The notes: generated from the sequence alone by a model not told the origin. 64,000 nucleotides of DNA from an uncultured Rickettsiales bacterium (GCA_964356785.1 CAYHIS010000004.1:46366-110365); one strand, 5' to 3'; positions 50,968-61,177 are shown, counted from the stretch's first letter. Numbers and translations are program-made.

Positions 50968-52026
50968 TTATCTTGATAATCCAGTAACTAAGCTTGGTGC
51001 ATCTAGCCATGAATATCCATAATGATTTAACCAACGCATATCTGAATCAAAAAACTTTCTTATATCATTTAAGCCATATTTAAGCATAGCCATTCTATCT
51101 ATTCCTATACCAAAAGCAAAGCCTTGATATTCATCTGGATCTAGCCCTATATTTTCAATAACTTTGCGATGAACCATTCCGCAGCCAAGTATCTCAAGCC
51201 ATTTATCATTTGAGCCGATTTTGATTTCAGTATTTTCTATTTTATAACCAATATCTACTTCAGCAGAAGGTTCTGTAAAAGGAAAAAATGAAGGTCTAAG
51301 ACGAATTATCACATCATCTGTTTCAAAGAACATTTTTAAGAACTCTTGAAGACAGCCTTTTAAGTGCCCCATATTTATATCTTTATCAATAAATACCCCC
51401 TCAACTTGATGAAACATCGGCGAATGAGTTTGGTCGTGATCAGAGCGATAAACCCTACCAGGAGCAATGAATCTAAAAGGTGGCTTTTCATTACTCATTT
51501 TTCTTATTTGCACATTAGAAGTATGAGTTCTAAGCACCATATCTTCAGCTGTATTTAAATAGAATGTATCATGCATTTGTCTTGCAGGATGATTCTCTAA
51601 AATATTTAAAGCTGTGAAATTATGATAATCATCTTCAATTTCTGGGCCAGAAGCTAGTGAAAATCCCAAATTATTAAAAATTGTAATAATCTCTTGAGTT
51701 ACTTGTGTGATAGGATGAATTTTCCCAGGACTGGCAGGTCTAGTATTTTGCGTAACATCAATTTTTTCAGCATGTAATTTTTCTTCAATAGAATTTTCTT
51801 CAAATATTTGTTTTTGCGCAGCAATGGCTTCAGATATTTCGTTCTTGAAATTATTTAACTTTGCTCCAAAATTCTTCTTTTCTTCAATACTAAGAGAAGC
51901 TATTTCTTTTGTTGCTTGAGTTAATAAACCATTTTTACCTAAATATAAAATACGAAGCTCTTCTAACTGTTTTATATCTTGAGAATCTGTTATTTTTCTA
52001 AGTATTTCATTTTTTTGATCAAACAT
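50968..52026 (-). CDS. pheS: Phenylalanyl-tRNA synthetase alpha subunit
   Basis: HPARQMHDTF, LRTHTS, HSPMFHQVEG, FPFTEPS, GFAFGIGIDR. Confidence 0.99.
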   Translation of the reverse strand: MFDQKNEILRKITDSQDIKQLEELRILYLGKNGLLTQATKEIASLSIEEKKNFGAKLNNFKNEISEAIAAQKQIFEENSIEEKLHAEKIDVTQNTRPASPGKIHPITQVTQEIITIFNNLGFSLASGPEIEDDYHNFTALNILENHPARQMHDTFYLNTAEDMVLRTHTSNVQIRKMSNEKPPFRFIAPGRVYRSDHDQTHSPMFHQVEGVFIDKDINMGHLKGCLQEFLKMFFETDDVIIRLRPSFFPFTEPSAEVDIGYKIENTEIKIGSNDKWLEILGCGMVHRKVIENIGLDPDEYQGFAFGIGIDRMAMLKYGLNDIRKFFDSDMRWLNHYGYSWLDAPSLVTGLSR

Positions 52027-52166
52027 TCTATTTGTAAACTATCATGAATTAAATCTGGCTTTCAATATATCTTTAAGAACAAGTAGTTTCAAGGAAAAAT
52101 TCATTATACCTTTTTTAAAAACTCGTTTAAGAGGATTATACAAATTGCGAACTTCAGCAATTTTAT

Positions 52167-52463
52167 TTATTCTATATCATAAATTCGTTTTCTTGCTAAA
52201 TTATAAACTAAACTTTTATCTCTTTGAGCAATAGCAATTACTTGAACAGTAACTATATCTTTAACTACTCTATAAACTAATCTATAACCTACTGTTCTAA
52301 GTTTTATTTTATAGCAATCACTTAAACCAGACAATTTATCTTTTAAAACTATAGGGCTCTCAAGACGTTCTAAAAGTTTTTTCTTGAATTGAGCTTTGAT
52401 TTGACTATCTAAATTGCCCCATTCTTTTAAAGCGCTTTTGAGAAATGTAAGTTTATAAGTCAT
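52167..52463 (-). CDS. relE: RelE/StbE toxin
   Basis: MTYKLTF..SALKEW..LD...QFKKKL.ERL, CYKIKLR.VGYRLVY. Confidence 0.93.
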   Translation of the reverse strand: MTYKLTFLKSALKEWGNLDSQIKAQFKKKLLERLESPIVLKDKLSGLSDCYKIKLRTVGYRLVYRVVKDIVTVQVIAIAQRDKSLVYNLARKRIYDIE

Positions 52464-52701
52464 TTACATTAACTTCTACTTCTTGTTCTCCTGACCGCGC
52501 CTGAACTAATCTAACCAATTCTTTGTCTTCAATGCTTTCTATTAAAACTTCAAACATTGCTGGAGAAATGCAGTAAAAAGCAGGTTTGTTTCTATTAAGA
52601 ACAGCGATTGGTCTGCCTTGAGTCTCTTTGATTACTTGCATAGGATGCTTTTTTAATTCTGAAACACTAGTAATTAATTCTGATAAAATAACATTGCTCA
52701 T
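52453..52701 (-). CDS. Phd/YefM-family antitoxin (StbD-like)
   Basis: SVSELKKHPM, PIAVLNRNKPAFYC; ATG 52701 after GAGGA. Confidence 0.92.
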   Translation of the reverse strand: MSNVILSELITSVSELKKHPMQVIKETQGRPIAVLNRNKPAFYCISPAMFEVLIESIEDKELVRLVQARSGEQEVEVNVNDL

Positions 52702-52732
52702 GATTTCCTCATTAGTTTTATTTATAGAGCTA

Positions 52733-52761
52733 ATAATACCATCTTTAACTGGTCTTTTCAA
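52733..52761 (-). promoter_or_regulatory. Sigma70 promoter of relBE-like pair, overlapping ispG 3' end
   Basis: TTGAAA-17bp-TATTAT on minus strand. Confidence 0.6.
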
Positions 52762-53968
52762 GATTGTATTTAAATCTATCTCTTATATAGCTTTCTAAAA
52801 TACTCATAAATTCTTTAGCTATTTGCTCTCCCCTTAAGGTATGCGCTTTTTTACCATCAATAAATACAGGAGCTATTTTTTCTTCACCTGTGCCAGGTAA
52901 ACTAATACCAATATCTGCATGTTTGCTTTCTCCCGGTCCATTTACAATACAACCCATTACCGCAATCTTTAAATTCTCAACGCCAGGATAATTTTCTTTC
53001 CAGATTTGCATGTTAGTTTTTATAAATTGATCAATTTCTAAGGCTAGATGTTGAAAATATTCGCTCGTGGTTCTCCCGCATCCAGGACAAGCAGATACCT
53101 CAGGAGCAAAATTCCTAAAATTGAGTGACTGCAAAATATTTTTGCATATTTCCACTTCTTCAGTTCTAGGAGACCCAGGTTTTGGAGTAATGGAAGCACG
53201 AATAGTATCTCCAATACCTTGGCTTAACAAAATAGATAATGCGGAAGCTGTAGACACAGCTCCCTTCATTCCCATCCCTGCTTCAGTGAGCCCTAGATGC
53301 AAAGCATAGTTGCTTCTTTTAGCAAGTTCATTATAGACAATAATTAAATCTGGAACATTGCTTGTTTTACAAGATAAAATAATTTTATCTGCCTCTAGAC
53401 CAACTTTTTCAGCCTGTTTAGCACTTAAGAGACAAGAACTTACTAATGCCTCATACATAACTTCTTTAGACGATTTAGGAGTATGAAGTTTATTATTATC
53501 ATCCATCAACTTTGCAAGCAGGGCTTGATCTAAACTCCCCCAATTCACCCCTATTCGAATGGGTTTATTATTACTTATAGCAATCTCCACCATTTGTTCG
53601 AATTGCTTATCTTTTTTATCTCCAAAGCCAACATTGCCTGGATTTATTCTGTATTTAGCTAAGCTTTCAGCGCAATCAGGATAAGTTGATAATAATTTAT
53701 GCCCATTATAATGGAAACAACCAACAAGCGGTATATCATAACCAGCTTTTAGAATTTGTTCATGAATTTTAGAAACAGCTTTAGCAGCTTCATCATTATT
53801 TACTGTTATTCTTACTATTTCAGAACCAGCATTATGAAGAGAGATTATTTGCTTTGCTGTTGATATCACATCAGCTGTATCAGTATTAGTCATAGACTGA
53901 ATTAATATTGGAGCATCCCCCCCAATATACTGACTTCCTACTTTAACCTTAAGTGTTTTATGACGCAT
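52745..53968 (-). CDS. ispG: HMBPP synthase IspG
   Basis: [47 protein letters not shown]; start MRHKTL. Confidence 0.98.
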   Translation of the reverse strand: MRHKTLKVKVGSQYIGGDAPILIQSMTNTDTADVISTAKQIISLHNAGSEIVRITVNNDEAAKAVSKIHEQILKAGYDIPLVGCFHYNGHKLLSTYPDCAESLAKYRINPGNVGFGDKKDKQFEQMVEIAISNNKPIRIGVNWGSLDQALLAKLMDDNNKLHTPKSSKEVMYEALVSSCLLSAKQAEKVGLEADKIILSCKTSNVPDLIIVYNELAKRSNYALHLGLTEAGMGMKGAVSTASALSILLSQGIGDTIRASITPKPGSPRTEEVEICKNILQSLNFRNFAPEVSACPGCGRTTSEYFQHLALEIDQFIKTNMQIWKENYPGVENLKIAVMGCIVNGPGESKHADIGISLPGTGEEKIAPVFIDGKKAHTLRGEQIAKEFMSILESYIRDRFKYNLEKTS

Positions 53969-54029
53969 AATTTCTGAATTCCTGATAAGAATACCAACTA
54001 AACGAATAGCATAATTTATTGTTTTTAGC

Positions 54030-54345
54030 AAATTTAAGTTATAGATTTCTTAGCAAAACAATATACAACTAATAGTTATATTAATTATTAATAATTACTG
54101 TTTTTTAATATTTATCTTATAAGTTATACACAGTTAAGGAATTAACTACTAAAAATACATATATATTATATTTAGAAAAAGCTTATAAATTAATTAATAT
54201 GATGTGTGGCGCAGATTTGCTTGCGTTGTATAAAAACACTTGCTAATACAACCAGATATAATAATCTATCTGTAGATAAGGATTTCTATCGGGTTCTGAT
54301 AAAATACAAATTTTATCAACAAAGTTATCCACATTTTTCGTGTAT
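54030..54345. other. Candidate replication origin (oriC)
   Basis: Very AT-rich spacer with DnaA boxes TTATACACA 54124, TTATCCACA 54325, and 1-mismatch boxes TTATCAACA 54313 and TGTAGATAA 54271. Confidence 0.6.
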
Positions 54346-54352
54346 AGATTTT

Positions 54353-56155
54353 ATGAAAGAAATAAATATAAAAAAATCAGTAGATTTAATAAAACAAGAA
54401 TTAAAGAATATGCCAAGCTTGCCTGGTGTATATAGAATGCTAGATAAAAATGATAAGGTTTTATATGTTGGCAAAGCAAAAGACTTAGGCAAAAGAATAA
54501 TCAATTATACTCAAATAAATAGATTATGCGAAAGGATGAAGCTTGCAATAGCTCAAACTGAGAAATTAGAAATTATTACTGTAAAAACCGAGGCTCAGGC
54601 TTTAGTATTAGAAGCAAATTTAATAAAGAGTTTGCGGCCAAAATACAATATCTTACTTAAAGATGATAAATCCATGCCTTATATCTTGCTTCGCCTTGAT
54701 CACGAATTTGCAAGTCTTACAAAATTTAGGGGCGATAGAAAGATTAAGGGCCAGTATTTCGGTCCATTTGCATCTGCTAAAATTGTTGACGAAACTATAG
54801 AGTTCTTAGAAAAAACTTTTCTCTTAAGAAACTGTTCAGATAGTTTTTTCTTGGCCAGAAAAACAGCATGTATGCAATATCAAATCAAAAGATGCTCCGC
54901 TCCTTGTGTTGGTAGAATTTCTGAAAATGATTACCAAAGCAATGTAAGAAAAGCTATAGATTTTTTAGAAGGAAGAACAATTCAGCTGCAAGAAGAGCTA
55001 AGTTTATTAATGCAACAAGCGAGTGAGAGGTTTGAATATGAAAAAGCCGCTAAACTTCGAGATCAGATCCGCGCTTTAAATTATATTCAGAATAAAAACT
55101 CTAATCTATTTAACATTGAGAATGCTGACGTGATAGGGATAGCAAAAATGGGAGACATTGCTTGTATCCAATTGTTCATCTTTAGAAATGGACAAAATTA
55201 TGGAAATAAAATCTATTTCTTTGAGCAAGTCTTAGATGAGAATATAGAGAAAATATTAGAAATATACTTAGTTCAATATTATCAAAATAATCCGATTCCC
55301 AAAGAGGTTATCTTATCAATCCCTATAGAGGAGAAAGAAGAAATAGAAAAAGCATTTGGTTTAAAAATTACTATCTCTAAACCTGGAGATAAAGCATCTA
55401 TATTTGTTAATGATAATGCTAATAATGCTTTAAACAGAAAATATGAAGATAAATCTAAACGCATTACTATTTTTAGGGAGTTAGAGAAAATCTTTGATAT
55501 TAAGAATCCAATTAAACGCATCGAAGTATATGATAACAGCCATATCATGGGAGCACATGCTGTGGGAGCCATGATAGTAGCGACTGAAGAGGGTTTCAGT
55601 AAAAAACATTATCGCAAATATAATATTTCTAAGACTGAAATAGGAGATGATTATGCAATGCTAAGAGAGGTGTTAGCACGAAGATTATCAAAATTAGAAG
55701 AGATACCAGATTTATTATTAATAGATGGAGGAGAAGGACATTTATCCACAGCTAAACAAGTTTTAGATGAATTAAATCTACAACTGCCATTAGTATGTAT
55801 TTCTAAAGGCATAGATCGGAACGCAGGCAAAGAGATTTTTCACCAAATAGACAAAGAAGCTTTTACGTTAGACAAGCATTCCCCAATCATGAAATATCTT
55901 CAAATAATTAGAGATGAAGCGCATCGCTTTGCCATTACAAGCCATAGAAAAAAAAGACAAGCCGCGATGAATTTTTCTATACTTAAGCAAATTCCAGGAA
56001 TTGGTGCTAAAAGAAGGCAAGTTCTAATAAATCATTTCACTTCAATTGAAGAAATTAAGAATAGTAACATCACGCAGCTTATTAAGCTTGAGGGAATTAA
56101 TAAAAAAATAGCAGACTCTATAGTTGAATTTTTTTCGAGAGTCTCGTCATCTTAG
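54353..56155 (+). CDS. uvrC: Excinuclease ABC subunit C
   Basis: PGVYRM...LYVGKAKDL, PKYNILLKDDK, RIEVYDNSH, LIDGG, RDEAHRFA, HhH IPGIG. Confidence 0.98.
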   Translation: MKEINIKKSVDLIKQELKNMPSLPGVYRMLDKNDKVLYVGKAKDLGKRIINYTQINRLCERMKLAIAQTEKLEIITVKTEAQALVLEANLIKSLRPKYNILLKDDKSMPYILLRLDHEFASLTKFRGDRKIKGQYFGPFASAKIVDETIEFLEKTFLLRNCSDSFFLARKTACMQYQIKRCSAPCVGRISENDYQSNVRKAIDFLEGRTIQLQEELSLLMQQASERFEYEKAAKLRDQIRALNYIQNKNSNLFNIENADVIGIAKMGDIACIQLFIFRNGQNYGNKIYFFEQVLDENIEKILEIYLVQYYQNNPIPKEVILSIPIEEKEEIEKAFGLKITISKPGDKASIFVNDNANNALNRKYEDKSKRITIFRELEKIFDIKNPIKRIEVYDNSHIMGAHAVGAMIVATEEGFSKKHYRKYNISKTEIGDDYAMLREVLARRLSKLEEIPDLLLIDGGEGHLSTAKQVLDELNLQLPLVCISKGIDRNAGKEIFHQIDKEAFTLDKHSPIMKYLQIIRDEAHRFAITSHRKKRQAAMNFSILKQIPGIGAKRRQVLINHFTSIEEIKNSNITQLIKLEGINKKIADSIVEFFSRVSSS

Positions 56156-56156
56156 T

Positions 56157-56325
56157 GCAACCCCCGTCATCCTGAGTAAAACGAAGGATCCAGTGATGGA
56201 AGCAACCCCCGTCATCCTGAGTAAAACGAAGGATCCAGTGATGGAAGCAACCCCCGTCATCCTGAGTAAAACGAAGGATCCAGGGAATTCTTTCTGGATG
56301 TTTCGGCTAAAGCCTCAACATGACG
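56157..56325. repeat. Three tandem 45-bp CGTC-type units plus inverted partner
   Basis: GCAACCCCCGTCATCCTGAGTAAAACGAAGGATCCAG at 56157, 56202 and 56247, then CTGGATGTTTCGG...CAACATGACG. Confidence 0.92.
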
Positions 56326-56334
56326 AAAATGTTA

Positions 56335-59300
56335 CTATAGGTTTTGACCTTGACCACCACGTCCATTATTGCTTGGTGTGATATATGGAGTTTTTTCATT
56401 CCCATCAGCATCAGATATTAAATTATTTACATTATTTCCCGCGAAGTTTTTTTTTTGGTTGGAGATTGCGGTAGTATTTAAAGGAGAAGTAGGATAAGTA
56501 ATCAGCAGCCGTCTTTCTTCGCTAGCTAATCCATTATACTTAGCCACGAAATTTCCAAAATCCTGAAATAGCTGAGTAGTATTTACTTTTTTATCAGGAT
56601 GAAAGACCCGAGCAAGTTGTCTAAAATTAGAATCTGACAAATTTTGAAAATCCCAGCTGTTATTTAAACATTTTTGATAGATCATATGCGCCACTATTCT
56701 TTCACCCTCATTTAATTGAAGGTCATTTGTTTGTTGGTTGCTCACTATTACAGACTCTCCTTCGAATTTTATATCATCCTCTTTAACACCAAGTGCCTGA
56801 AGTTTTGCTTTTAAAGAAGCTTTTGCATTGTTATTATCATTCTCTTTTTGCAAAACACCCTTAACATACTCAGGATTCTTCATATTAGCTAATATAGCGT
56901 TTTTGAGTCCTTTGATTTTACCATCTATTCTTATTTTTATATTTTGGTCACCCGAAGCCATTTCATTATTAGGATCAATTACTGCTTGAATATTTACAGT
57001 TAATATCCTATCGATAAGCTTATCTAAATTCTGGCATTCTTGCTTATCATCTTTTAATCCTTCTTGTAATTGATTAATTATAATAAGTTGTTCGCCAAGC
57101 TGTTTAATTATAGCTGTTTCTAAATATTCCTGATACTGAGGATTATTAGTTTGCGCATCTGTCACCCATCCTTGGATATATGTATTATTAATAAAAGAAT
57201 TATTGAGATTTATAGAAATTTGTTCATTTATAGTTGGGACTTCTGTAGTTTTTTTCTTTGGAGCTTGCTTTTGAGCGCGTTCACCTTTTTCATCAATAAG
57301 TTTTTTTGTTTTTTTAAGCTGATCTGCAAGCAAATTTGTTGCAACAGTATTATTTCCACTAGATTTAGGCGTAATTACAATATTATTTCCGTATGAAATA
57401 GCACAGCGATTGTCTTTAGGAATATTTGGAATAGTCGCGTTACTCGACTGAGCTGCCAAATCTACAATATCTAAAAGAGCTTTAACATTCTTTTCTGCAA
57501 CATCAGAAATACCTAGCTTTTCTCCTTCTGCTTTTAAAGTTTTTTCTATAGTTTCAATTTGATTATTTTTAGCTTTATATAAAGCATTTTTTGCATCAAT
57601 AACAAGCCTTTCTTTTAATTGCCGAATAGCATCTTCATTAACTAAAACTTTTTTTGCCTCATTAACAAATTTCTCTTTGAATTTATCAACATCGCCCCCC
57701 AAACCCTCAAGAGATGGTATAGTTATGCTTTTTAAAAGCTGAGCATCACCGCTATTAAAACTCATGCCATCTATTGTTACGGTTTCTTTATTTTTTAAAT
57801 TCTTTATGGCAACTAAATTATCATAGGTTAGTGACTCCAACGCTTTAATATAATTTTTTGCCTGCGCTATTTCTTCCTTTTTTCTTCTTTCAAGTTCAGT
57901 AGCTAGCCCATGAAATTTTTTCCAATTATTTATTACTCCATCTAAAACTTCTGACATGAATTCTTGTCTTTTCTCTTCAGTTGGAGAGCTATCTCCAATA
58001 CTAGCTCTATTAATTTTTCGAATTAACTCTGAAAATTCAATTAGGTTTTCGTATGGCCGTCCTTTTTCACCTGTGAAATTAAATACTGCTTTGGGCTTGC
58101 CTTTGTCATCATTAATTGTAAACTCATTTATTGCATTATATAATTCTCTTGCTCTTTCTATATCTGCCTGCTTAAGGAAGACTTTCTCTGGCACTTTGTT
58201 GGCTTCTGCGCCAATCCATTTTATTTCTTTTTCCTTTGCAAACTTATCAATTCCCTGAATAACACCTCCTTCTTGCACTCCAACCTTGAGCATTTTAGCG
58301 CATATATCTGCAATTTCTTGCATAAGTTCATTTTTTTTAGCTTCAGATGCTTCAATTGATTTTTCTAGTAACTCAAGTTTTTGCTTTATCGCTTCCGGCC
58401 ATTTTGTAGACAAATTACTCCAGTGATCTAATTTTTTTTGTTTTTCTTCAAACTCTAATATTTTGTTCCTTAATTCTTCTATTTTTTGTCTTAAAGCTTC
58501 CGCATCTGCATCTACAATACCAATTGACTTAAAGTCTTTCCTTGCAAACTCAGCTAATTCTTCTTTTAGTTTTTGGAGTCTCTCCTCGTCGCCTTCTCCT
58601 TTATTTCCTTCATTTATTTTATTTATTAAAGCCTCTAAATCTTTATGAATTCCTTGGAATTCTTTATTCAATTTATTGCTATTAATTTCTCCTCTTAGCG
58701 CTGCATTTTCTTGCTGTAACCTCAATAATAATGCGTTATCCAATGCTCCACTGTTGTTGTTATCGCTTCCATTAGCATCGCTATTTCCTGTTTTACCATT
58801 TCCTCCATGCTTTTCATCTCCTCTTCCATCGCCAATATTGTTTCCATTAATTAGGTTAGGATGACGCGTTGGTGCATTTGGAAGTAATGGCTGCTCCCTT
58901 AGCAACGCATTTGCTTGCTCAAGCTGCAGCAATTTGGCTTTTATACTTTCAACCTCCTCATCACTCTCCTCATCACTAATTTTACCAAGTAATTTATTTC
59001 TTTCTTCTAAAAGTTTGTTTAGCCGCAACAATTTGTCTTCCTCTAATTGTCTTTGGTTTTTCTCTAGTTGTTGCTGCTTATTATTTACGTTTTGGTTTGA
59101 AGTACTATCATTGTTGTTGTTATTAATATCACCAGATGAGTTATCGCCTGTTCCACCAATCTCATCAATAATAATATTATTATTATTGTTATAGTTGTCG
59201 GTATTGAATGAGGAGTTATTATTATTTTCAATTGTATTATCACTTGAATTCTGGATGGAATTTGATTGGTTATTATCTGTTATATTTAGGGTTCTTATAG

Positions 59301-60972
59301 TATTATTGTTGTTATTTTCATTATTTGATGAAGTGTCATATATGGAATTTAAAGTAATAGAGGAATTATCTGAATTAAAACTTTGGTTATCATTAAAACC
59401 TTCACTACCTAAGTCATTATTATTTATTAGGTTCAGGTTTTCTATAGTATTTAAGTTCAAATTATTATTATTGTTATTATAATCGTCTGAGTTTTGTTCA
59501 TTTGGAAAAGGTATATGGTTCTTTATGTTAGCTTTTTTTTTATTATTGTTGTTATTCTGAGAACCTTGGTCTGAATCTTCTTCATAGCCACGCAAGGAAG
59601 TATCAGAGAAGGAGTTAGAAGTATTAGAGGAATTATCTGAATTCAAACTTTGGCTATCGTCCGAGTCCTCACCATCTAAGCTATTATCATACTTACTACC
59701 TGTATCACTATTCAAATTGCTTCTGTTACCACCACTCTTATTGACAACATTCTGCTGGTTGTTATTTCTTTTGCTATGGATTCCATTATGCAAGGAGGAA
59801 TCACTGGATACTTCAGCTAACGCTTCAGTATGACGGACCTTAGAATTCTGAAGTAATAACTCTCTTTCTTTTAGCTCTAATTCCTTGAGTCGTCCCTCAA
59901 GCTCTCTCTGTTTCCTTTTCTCTTCTAAGATTGCTTCAATTAACCACTTTCTTTTAGCAAGTAATATTTCTATTTCGTCATCATGTTCAAAATCATGCTC
60001 TATATTATTAGGTGAAGATCTTTCCCTCTGGTTTAGATTTTCTAACTCTTCTGATAGCATCTGCTCCATATCAAATGGATGTTCATCTCTATTTACCTGG
60101 TTAGAGCCAAAACCGTATACTGTATGCCTTACTTCTCCATTTGAATCAAATGTTAACTCTTCATAATTATATTCAGAATATCTTCCATCATCAAATACAT
60201 ACGGTATTTTAATAGAATAACTTGTATGCAAGTTATTATTGCTATTTATTATAGCATAGCTATATGTTCCATCTTCCTGTAAAGTTTCTTGAATATAAGG
60301 GGTATTATCATGTGGATAAATAAAAATAACTCCAGCATCAGTGCGCACTGGATATAACTCATAACTCACCCCTTCAATAAGCATAGTTGCTTTCTTGCCT
60401 GGTGCAGGATCTATATAATTAAATGTAAATTCTTGAGCTTCTTTAGATAGCACGGAAGCTTGCAATGTTGGAGTTCTTGAATAAGCGCCTAAATTTTCAT
60501 GATATTGATCTATGAACTCTTTTGCATCCATTTCTCCCTTAGCAGCTTTCAGAGCTTTATATACCTCTTCTCTTAGCTCCTCTCTATCATCATCTGTAAG
60601 AGGAATTGCGTTGACTATAGCCCCAGTTAAAACTTTAAGTGGATCTTCATCATCTTTAATAACATCTATATAATCTCCAATATAATCATATATTAGCTTA
60701 CTTTGCTTAACTGATTCATTAGTAAGCTCAGCATAAAGAGCTTCTCGATTATAAGTAATATCCTTATCATTTTGATAAAAATTAATTCTATTTTGAAGTG
60801 TTTTTTTGGCAATAAGAGTGGGTATTTTTATAGCGCCCAACTCATTTTCTTCCCCATTAGTAAAGCCTCTGCGTTCAAGACCTAAATCTACTACCCAAGC
60901 CTCAAGATTATCTAGTATAACTAATAACTTAGGTTTTTGTTTAGAGTTTTTTTTCCCTCTGGACTTGCTCAT
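56335..60972 (-). CDS. 1545-aa Asn-rich coiled-coil protein with C-terminal J-domain-like motif (candidate effector)
   Basis: Uninterrupted ORF; poly-Asn/Ser/Asp region, long coiled coils, FRQLARVFHPDKK. Confidence 0.85.
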   Translation of the reverse strand: MSKSRGKKNSKQKPKLLVILDNLEAWVVDLGLERRGFTNGEENELGAIKIPTLIAKKTLQNRINFYQNDKDITYNREALYAELTNESVKQSKLIYDYIGDYIDVIKDDEDPLKVLTGAIVNAIPLTDDDREELREEVYKALKAAKGEMDAKEFIDQYHENLGAYSRTPTLQASVLSKEAQEFTFNYIDPAPGKKATMLIEGVSYELYPVRTDAGVIFIYPHDNTPYIQETLQEDGTYSYAIINSNNNLHTSYSIKIPYVFDDGRYSEYNYEELTFDSNGEVRHTVYGFGSNQVNRDEHPFDMEQMLSEELENLNQRERSSPNNIEHDFEHDDEIEILLAKRKWLIEAILEEKRKQRELEGRLKELELKERELLLQNSKVRHTEALAEVSSDSSLHNGIHSKRNNNQQNVVNKSGGNRSNLNSDTGSKYDNSLDGEDSDDSQSLNSDNSSNTSNSFSDTSLRGYEEDSDQGSQNNNNNKKKANIKNHIPFPNEQNSDDYNNNNNNLNLNTIENLNLINNNDLGSEGFNDNQSFNSDNSSITLNSIYDTSSNNENNNNNTIRTLNITDNNQSNSIQNSSDNTIENNNNSSFNTDNYNNNNNIIIDEIGGTGDNSSGDINNNNNDSTSNQNVNNKQQQLEKNQRQLEEDKLLRLNKLLEERNKLLGKISDEESDEEVESIKAKLLQLEQANALLREQPLLPNAPTRHPNLINGNNIGDGRGDEKHGGNGKTGNSDANGSDNNNSGALDNALLLRLQQENAALRGEINSNKLNKEFQGIHKDLEALINKINEGNKGEGDEERLQKLKEELAEFARKDFKSIGIVDADAEALRQKIEELRNKILEFEEKQKKLDHWSNLSTKWPEAIKQKLELLEKSIEASEAKKNELMQEIADICAKMLKVGVQEGGVIQGIDKFAKEKEIKWIGAEANKVPEKVFLKQADIERARELYNAINEFTINDDKGKPKAVFNFTGEKGRPYENLIEFSELIRKINRASIGDSSPTEEKRQEFMSEVLDGVINNWKKFHGLATELERRKKEEIAQAKNYIKALESLTYDNLVAIKNLKNKETVTIDGMSFNSGDAQLLKSITIPSLEGLGGDVDKFKEKFVNEAKKVLVNEDAIRQLKERLVIDAKNALYKAKNNQIETIEKTLKAEGEKLGISDVAEKNVKALLDIVDLAAQSSNATIPNIPKDNRCAISYGNNIVITPKSSGNNTVATNLLADQLKKTKKLIDEKGERAQKQAPKKKTTEVPTINEQISINLNNSFINNTYIQGWVTDAQTNNPQYQEYLETAIIKQLGEQLIIINQLQEGLKDDKQECQNLDKLIDRILTVNIQAVIDPNNEMASGDQNIKIRIDGKIKGLKNAILANMKNPEYVKGVLQKENDNNNAKASLKAKLQALGVKEDDIKFEGESVIVSNQQTNDLQLNEGERIVAHMIYQKCLNNSWDFQNLSDSNFRQLARVFHPDKKVNTTQLFQDFGNFVAKYNGLASEERRLLITYPTSPLNTTAISNQKKNFAGNNVNNLISDADGNEKTPYITPSNNGRGGQGQNL

Positions 60973-61005
60973 ATTTTGTATTTACTTTCGGTTTTTAGAA
61001 TAATT

Positions 61006-61037
61006 AGAGTAACTGATATTTTTTAACAAATTATTAA
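61006..61037 (-). promoter_or_regulatory. CtrA-type promoter of giant gene
   Basis: Minus strand TTAA-TAATTTG-TTAA-N11-TACTCT. Confidence 0.5.
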
Positions 61038-61074
61038 TTTATAATGTGTAATTTTATTTATTAGTAATTTTTGA

Positions 61075-61177
61075 CGTCATCCTGAATGCAATGAAGGATC
61101 CAGAGAGTTTTTCCTGGATGTTTCGCTAACGCTCTAACCATGACGAGAACCGTCATCCTGAGTAAAACGAAGGATCC
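61075..61177. repeat. CGTC-type palindromic repeat cluster
   Basis: CGTCATCCTGA...GAAGGATCCAG...CTGGATGTTTCG...CATGACG, then a unit matching those at 56157. Confidence 0.88.

Noticed and set aside
53969-54352. Extended N-termini of ispG (54031) and uvrC (54206)
   Set aside because: Non-homologous extensions from TTG/GTG codons running through the DnaA-box spacer
56157-56325. CRISPR array
   Set aside because: The intervening sequences are short and identical, there are no cas genes, and the unit belongs to the dispersed CGTC repeat family
56124-56381. 85-aa ORF with VILSKTKDP repeats
   Set aside because: Translation of the tandem repeat; overlaps uvrC and the giant gene
57151-61003. Plus-strand Leu/Ser/Phe-rich ORFs
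   Set aside because: Antisense shadows of the Lys/Glu/Asn-rich giant gene; the same applies to other short antisense ORFs in the track
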